NCBI GenBank assembly: GCA_965248835.1
Contig: CBDFLJ010000002.1
Span: forward strand, 1,312,001-1,376,000
DNA: 64,000 bases
Reading direction: 5' to 3'
From: Alphaproteobacteria bacterium
GTDB taxonomy: Bacteria; Pseudomonadota; Alphaproteobacteria; MPNO01
Below the pieces are notes generated by a model. It saw only the letters and a list, made by a program, of their open reading frames with translations. It was not told where the DNA came from and did not search any database. Shown here piece by piece: positions 60,928 through 64,000 of the stretch (its first letter is position 1; each line of letters opens with the position of its first letter). The translations under genes were made by a program, and so were the position numbers.

Positions 60928-63282
60928 ATGAGGCGCGGACTGCCAGAGAGAGCGCGCTTGCGCACGCGGTTGCTCGAGACCTCGGTGGAGGCGTTGTGCG
61001 CCGAGGCTGCGGAAATCCGCGATGCCGGTCACGGCGAGGTCATCACCTGGTCACGCAAGGTGTTCATCCCGCTGACCCGGCTGTGCCGCGATGTCTGCCA
61101 CTACTGCACCTTTGCCGCCCCGCCGAAGAAAGGGGTCGACGCCTATCTGAGCGCGGAAGAGGTTCTGGCGATCGCACGCGCCGGTGCTGCGGCCGGCTGC
61201 AAGGAGGCGCTGTTCACGCTGGGCGACAAGCCCGAGCTGCGCTATCGCGCCGCGCGCGAGGCGCTGGCGGAGCTCGGCTTCGCCACCACCATCGATTATC
61301 TCGTCCATGCCGCGCGCCTGGTCTTCGAAGAAACCGGACTGCTGCCGCACGCCAACCCGGGCGTCCTCGGCGCCGGGGACGTGGCTGCCTTGCGCCCGGT
61401 CTCGGTCTCGCAGGGGTTGATGCTGGAGAGTCTCTCGCCCCGGCTCGCCGCGCGCGGGATGGCCCATCACGGCTCGCCCGACAAACGTCCCGCAGCGCGG
61501 CTTGCGACCCTCCGCCACGCCGGTGCGCAGTCTGTCCCATTCACCACCGGGATTCTCATCGGCATCGGCGAGACCCGCGGCGAACGGCTGGACGACCTGT
61601 TCACCATCGCCGACCTGCACGCGCGCTACGGTCACGTCCAGGAAGTGATCGTCCAGAACTTCCGCGCCAAGCCCGGCACCAGGATGGAAGCGGCGCCGGA
61701 GCCGGACATCGACGACCTCGCCTGGACGATCGCCGCGGCCCGGATCGTGCTGGGTCCGACCATGAACATCCAGGCCCCGCCCAACCTCAGCGCCGAAAGC
61801 TGGCCCGACCTGATCGATGCCGGGCTCAACGACTGGGGCGGGATCTCTCCGGTGACGCCCGACCACGTCAACCCGGAGGCGCCGTGGCCGCAGATTCCGG
61901 CACTGGCCACGGGCACCGCCGCCAAGGGAAAGGTCCTGGTAGAGCGGCTCGCGGTCTATCCCGAATATGCCCGCGAGCCCGGACGCTGGCTCGATGCCGC
62001 CCTGGCACCGGCGGTGCTGCGGATGAGCGATGCCGAAGGAAGGGCGCGCGAGGACGCGTGGGCGCCGGGCATGCCGGACGCGCTTCCGGTCCTGCCGGCG
62101 GCGGCGCTCAGGACATCGCCCGGGATCGCGCGCATCCTGGACCGCGCTGGCGACGGCGCCCGGCTCGAGGTCGGTGAGATCGCTGCGTTGTTCGGCGTGC
62201 GCGAAGGCGGCTTCACCGCGGTCTGCGAGGCCGCCGACGACCTGCGGCGAAGCGCCGTCGGCGATCGCGTCACCTACGTGGTCAACCGCAACATCAACTA
62301 CACCAATATCTGTTCCTACGCCTGCCGCTTCTGCGCCTTCTCCAAGGGCCGCGCGAGCGCCGGGCTGCGCGGGACGCCTTACGACCTGGGTCTGGACGAG
62401 ATCAGCCGGCGAGTGGCCGAGGCCTGGGACCGCGGCGCGACCGAGGTGTGCCTGCAAGGCGGCATCCATCCCGACTACACGGGCGAGACCTATCTCGCGA
62501 TCACCCGCGCCGTGAAGGAGGCCGCACCCGACATCCATGTCCATGCTTTCTCGCCCCTGGAGATCAGTCAGGGTGCGGCAAGCCTCGGGCTCGGCGTCGC
62601 TGACTTTCTCGAACGCCTGATCGAGGCCGGGCTCGGCTCGCTGCCGGGCACGGCGGCGGAGATCCTCGATCCACCGATCCGTAAGATCCTCTGTCCCGAC
62701 AAGGTCACGACCGCGCAATGGCTGTCGGTCATCGGGACGGCGCATCGTCTTGGTCTGCGCACCACCGCAACGATCATGTTCGGCAGCGTCGAGGGTCCGG
62801 AGTCCTGGGCCCGGCATCTCAACCACGTCCGCGACTTGCAGGCGGAGACCGGCGGCTTCACCGAGTTCGTCCCGCTGCCCTTCGTCCACATGGAGGCGCC
62901 GATCTACCTGCGCGGTCAGGCGCGCAAGGGGCCGACCTGGCGCGAAGCCGTGTTGATGCACGCCGTTGCCCGGCTCGCGCTCAACCCGCTGATCGACAAC
63001 ATCCAGACCTCCTGGGTCAAGATGGGGCGCAACGGCGCTGCGGCGTGCCTCGATGCCGGGGTCAACGACCTGGGCGGCACGCTGATGAACGAAAGCATTT
63101 CGCGCGCGGCCGGCACCACCCACGGCCAGGAGCTGCCGCCGGCGGAGATCGAAGCCCTCGCCCGCTCCGCCGGCCGGCACGCCGCTCAGCGCTCGACGCT
63201 CTACGGCCCGGTCGATGAACGGCGGACGGCCGCCTCGTACCAGGCAGGGCCGCTTGCGCCCATAATGACCGCGGCACAATGA
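60928..63282 (+). CDS. fbiC: Bifunctional FO synthase CofG-CofH
   Basis: Two radical-SAM motifs, SRKVFIPLTRLCRDVCHYC and NRNINYTNICSYACRFC; DHVNPEAPWP, PGTAAEIL, NIQTSWVK. Confidence 0.95.
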   Translation: MRRGLPERARLRTRLLETSVEALCAEAAEIRDAGHGEVITWSRKVFIPLTRLCRDVCHYCTFAAPPKKGVDAYLSAEEVLAIARAGAAAGCKEALFTLGDKPELRYRAAREALAELGFATTIDYLVHAARLVFEETGLLPHANPGVLGAGDVAALRPVSVSQGLMLESLSPRLAARGMAHHGSPDKRPAARLATLRHAGAQSVPFTTGILIGIGETRGERLDDLFTIADLHARYGHVQEVIVQNFRAKPGTRMEAAPEPDIDDLAWTIAAARIVLGPTMNIQAPPNLSAESWPDLIDAGLNDWGGISPVTPDHVNPEAPWPQIPALATGTAAKGKVLVERLAVYPEYAREPGRWLDAALAPAVLRMSDAEGRAREDAWAPGMPDALPVLPAAALRTSPGIARILDRAGDGARLEVGEIAALFGVREGGFTAVCEAADDLRRSAVGDRVTYVVNRNINYTNICSYACRFCAFSKGRASAGLRGTPYDLGLDEISRRVAEAWDRGATEVCLQGGIHPDYTGETYLAITRAVKEAAPDIHVHAFSPLEISQGAASLGLGVADFLERLIEAGLGSLPGTAAEILDPPIRKILCPDKVTTAQWLSVIGTAHRLGLRTTATIMFGSVEGPESWARHLNHVRDLQAETGGFTEFVPLPFVHMEAPIYLRGQARKGPTWREAVLMHAVARLALNPLIDNIQTSWVKMGRNGAAACLDAGVNDLGGTLMNESISRAAGTTHGQELPPAEIEALARSAGRHAAQRSTLYGPVDERRTAASYQAGPLAPIMTAAQ

Positions 63283-63953
63283 ACGGGCCGCTGCCGGTCA
63301 TCGCGATCGTCGGCGGCACCGGTGCCGAGGGCACGGGCCTGGCGGTGCGCTGGGCGCGCGCCGGCTATCGGGTGGTGATCGGCTCGCGTTCGGCCGACCG
63401 TGCCGCCGAGACCGCCGCCGGGCTCGCCAGACACGGCAGTGTCGAGGGCGCGGCCAACGCCGATGCGGCGGCGGCGGCGGACATTGTCGTGGTCACCGTC
63501 CCCTACGCCGCACAGCGGCCGACCCTGGAGGACATCAAGCACGCGCTGGCCGGCAAGATCGTCGTCGATGTGACCGTCCCGCTGGTGCCGCCGCGCGTCG
63601 CGCGGGTGCAGCTCCCCGAGGAGGGATCGGCCGCGCTGATCGCCCGGTCGATCCTGGGCAAGGATGTCCGCCTGGTCTCCGCCTTCCAGAACGTCGCCGC
63701 CGACCACCTGGCCGATCCGAGCCACGAGACCGATTGCGACGTTTTGGTGTGCGGCGACGACAGGGAAGCGCGCGCCGAGGTGGTGCGGTTGATCGAGGCC
63801 ACGGGGCTGCGCGGGCTGGAGGCCGGCCCGCTGGACAACGCCGTCGCCGCCGAGGCGCTGACCTCGGTGCTGATCTGGATGAACCGGCGCTACAAGTCGC
63901 CGGGTGCGGGTATCCGGATCACCGGGCTGCCCGGTGAGGACGCGGCCGATTGA
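63279..63953 (+). CDS. npdG: NADPH-dependent F420 reductase (Fno)
   Basis: GGTGAEG..LAVRW, IGSR, VTVPY, EGSAA, SAFQNV, MNRRYK..GAGIRITG; ATGA overlap with fbiC. Confidence 0.93.
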   Translation: MNGPLPVIAIVGGTGAEGTGLAVRWARAGYRVVIGSRSADRAAETAAGLARHGSVEGAANADAAAAADIVVVTVPYAAQRPTLEDIKHALAGKIVVDVTVPLVPPRVARVQLPEEGSAALIARSILGKDVRLVSAFQNVAADHLADPSHETDCDVLVCGDDREARAEVVRLIEATGLRGLEAGPLDNAVAAEALTSVLIWMNRRYKSPGAGIRITGLPGEDAAD

Positions 63954-64000
63954 CCCGCGGCTCGCCGCGGCTCGTGATCTCCGCGCCGTCCGGTATCGGC
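63950..64000 (+). CDS. 5' end of the next gene, possibly F420-0:gamma-glutamyl ligase (CofE); truncated by the window
   Basis: TTG overlaps the npdG stop. The frame reads MTRGSPRLVISAPSGIG, resembling the CofE N-terminus that precedes PGDDL. Only 17 codons are visible. Confidence 0.4.
   Translation, partial: MTRGSPRLVISAPSGIG

Overview
GC-rich alphaproteobacterial chromosome segment. The birA-coaX-rnj genes after a 14-gene nuo operon suggest a Rhodospirillales-like host, but this is inference. The housekeeping backbone is all on the minus strand: nnr, tRNA-Leu, tig, clpP, clpX, lon, hupB, tRNA-Val, tRNA-Asp, nuoA-N, birA, coaX, rnj, tag and a nucleoside-type ABC transporter. Three accessory catabolic blocks interrupt or flank it. 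(i) About 21 kb between tRNA-Asp and nuoA: three TRAP/TAXI systems, a decayed second dctM, an M20 hydrolase, a ComDE-like TPP decarboxylase, and a PLP enzyme / CoA-transferase / LLM / 5-oxoprolinase run. (ii) About 4.6 kb between tRNA-Leu and nnr: a stand-alone E1-like TPP enzyme with Lrp, a ferritin-like diiron candidate and a two-domain NIPSNAP. (iii) 55.5-64 kb: isochorismatase, enolase-superfamily enzyme, M24-fold enzyme, LLM, opine dehydrogenase, and the F420 genes cofGH (fbiC), npdG and probably the start of cofE. The best candidate for an undescribed system is block (iii), a possible F420-linked pathway for an N-substituted amino acid or amide, in which two enzymes have visibly non-canonical active sites. 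Smaller oddities include a perfect 17-bp duplication that creates a 6-codon ORF overlapping the clpX start, and a 3x15-bp repeat over the tRNA-Val promoter. I saw no integrase, transposase, CRISPR array or rRNA. All family calls are by eye from motifs; no searches were run.
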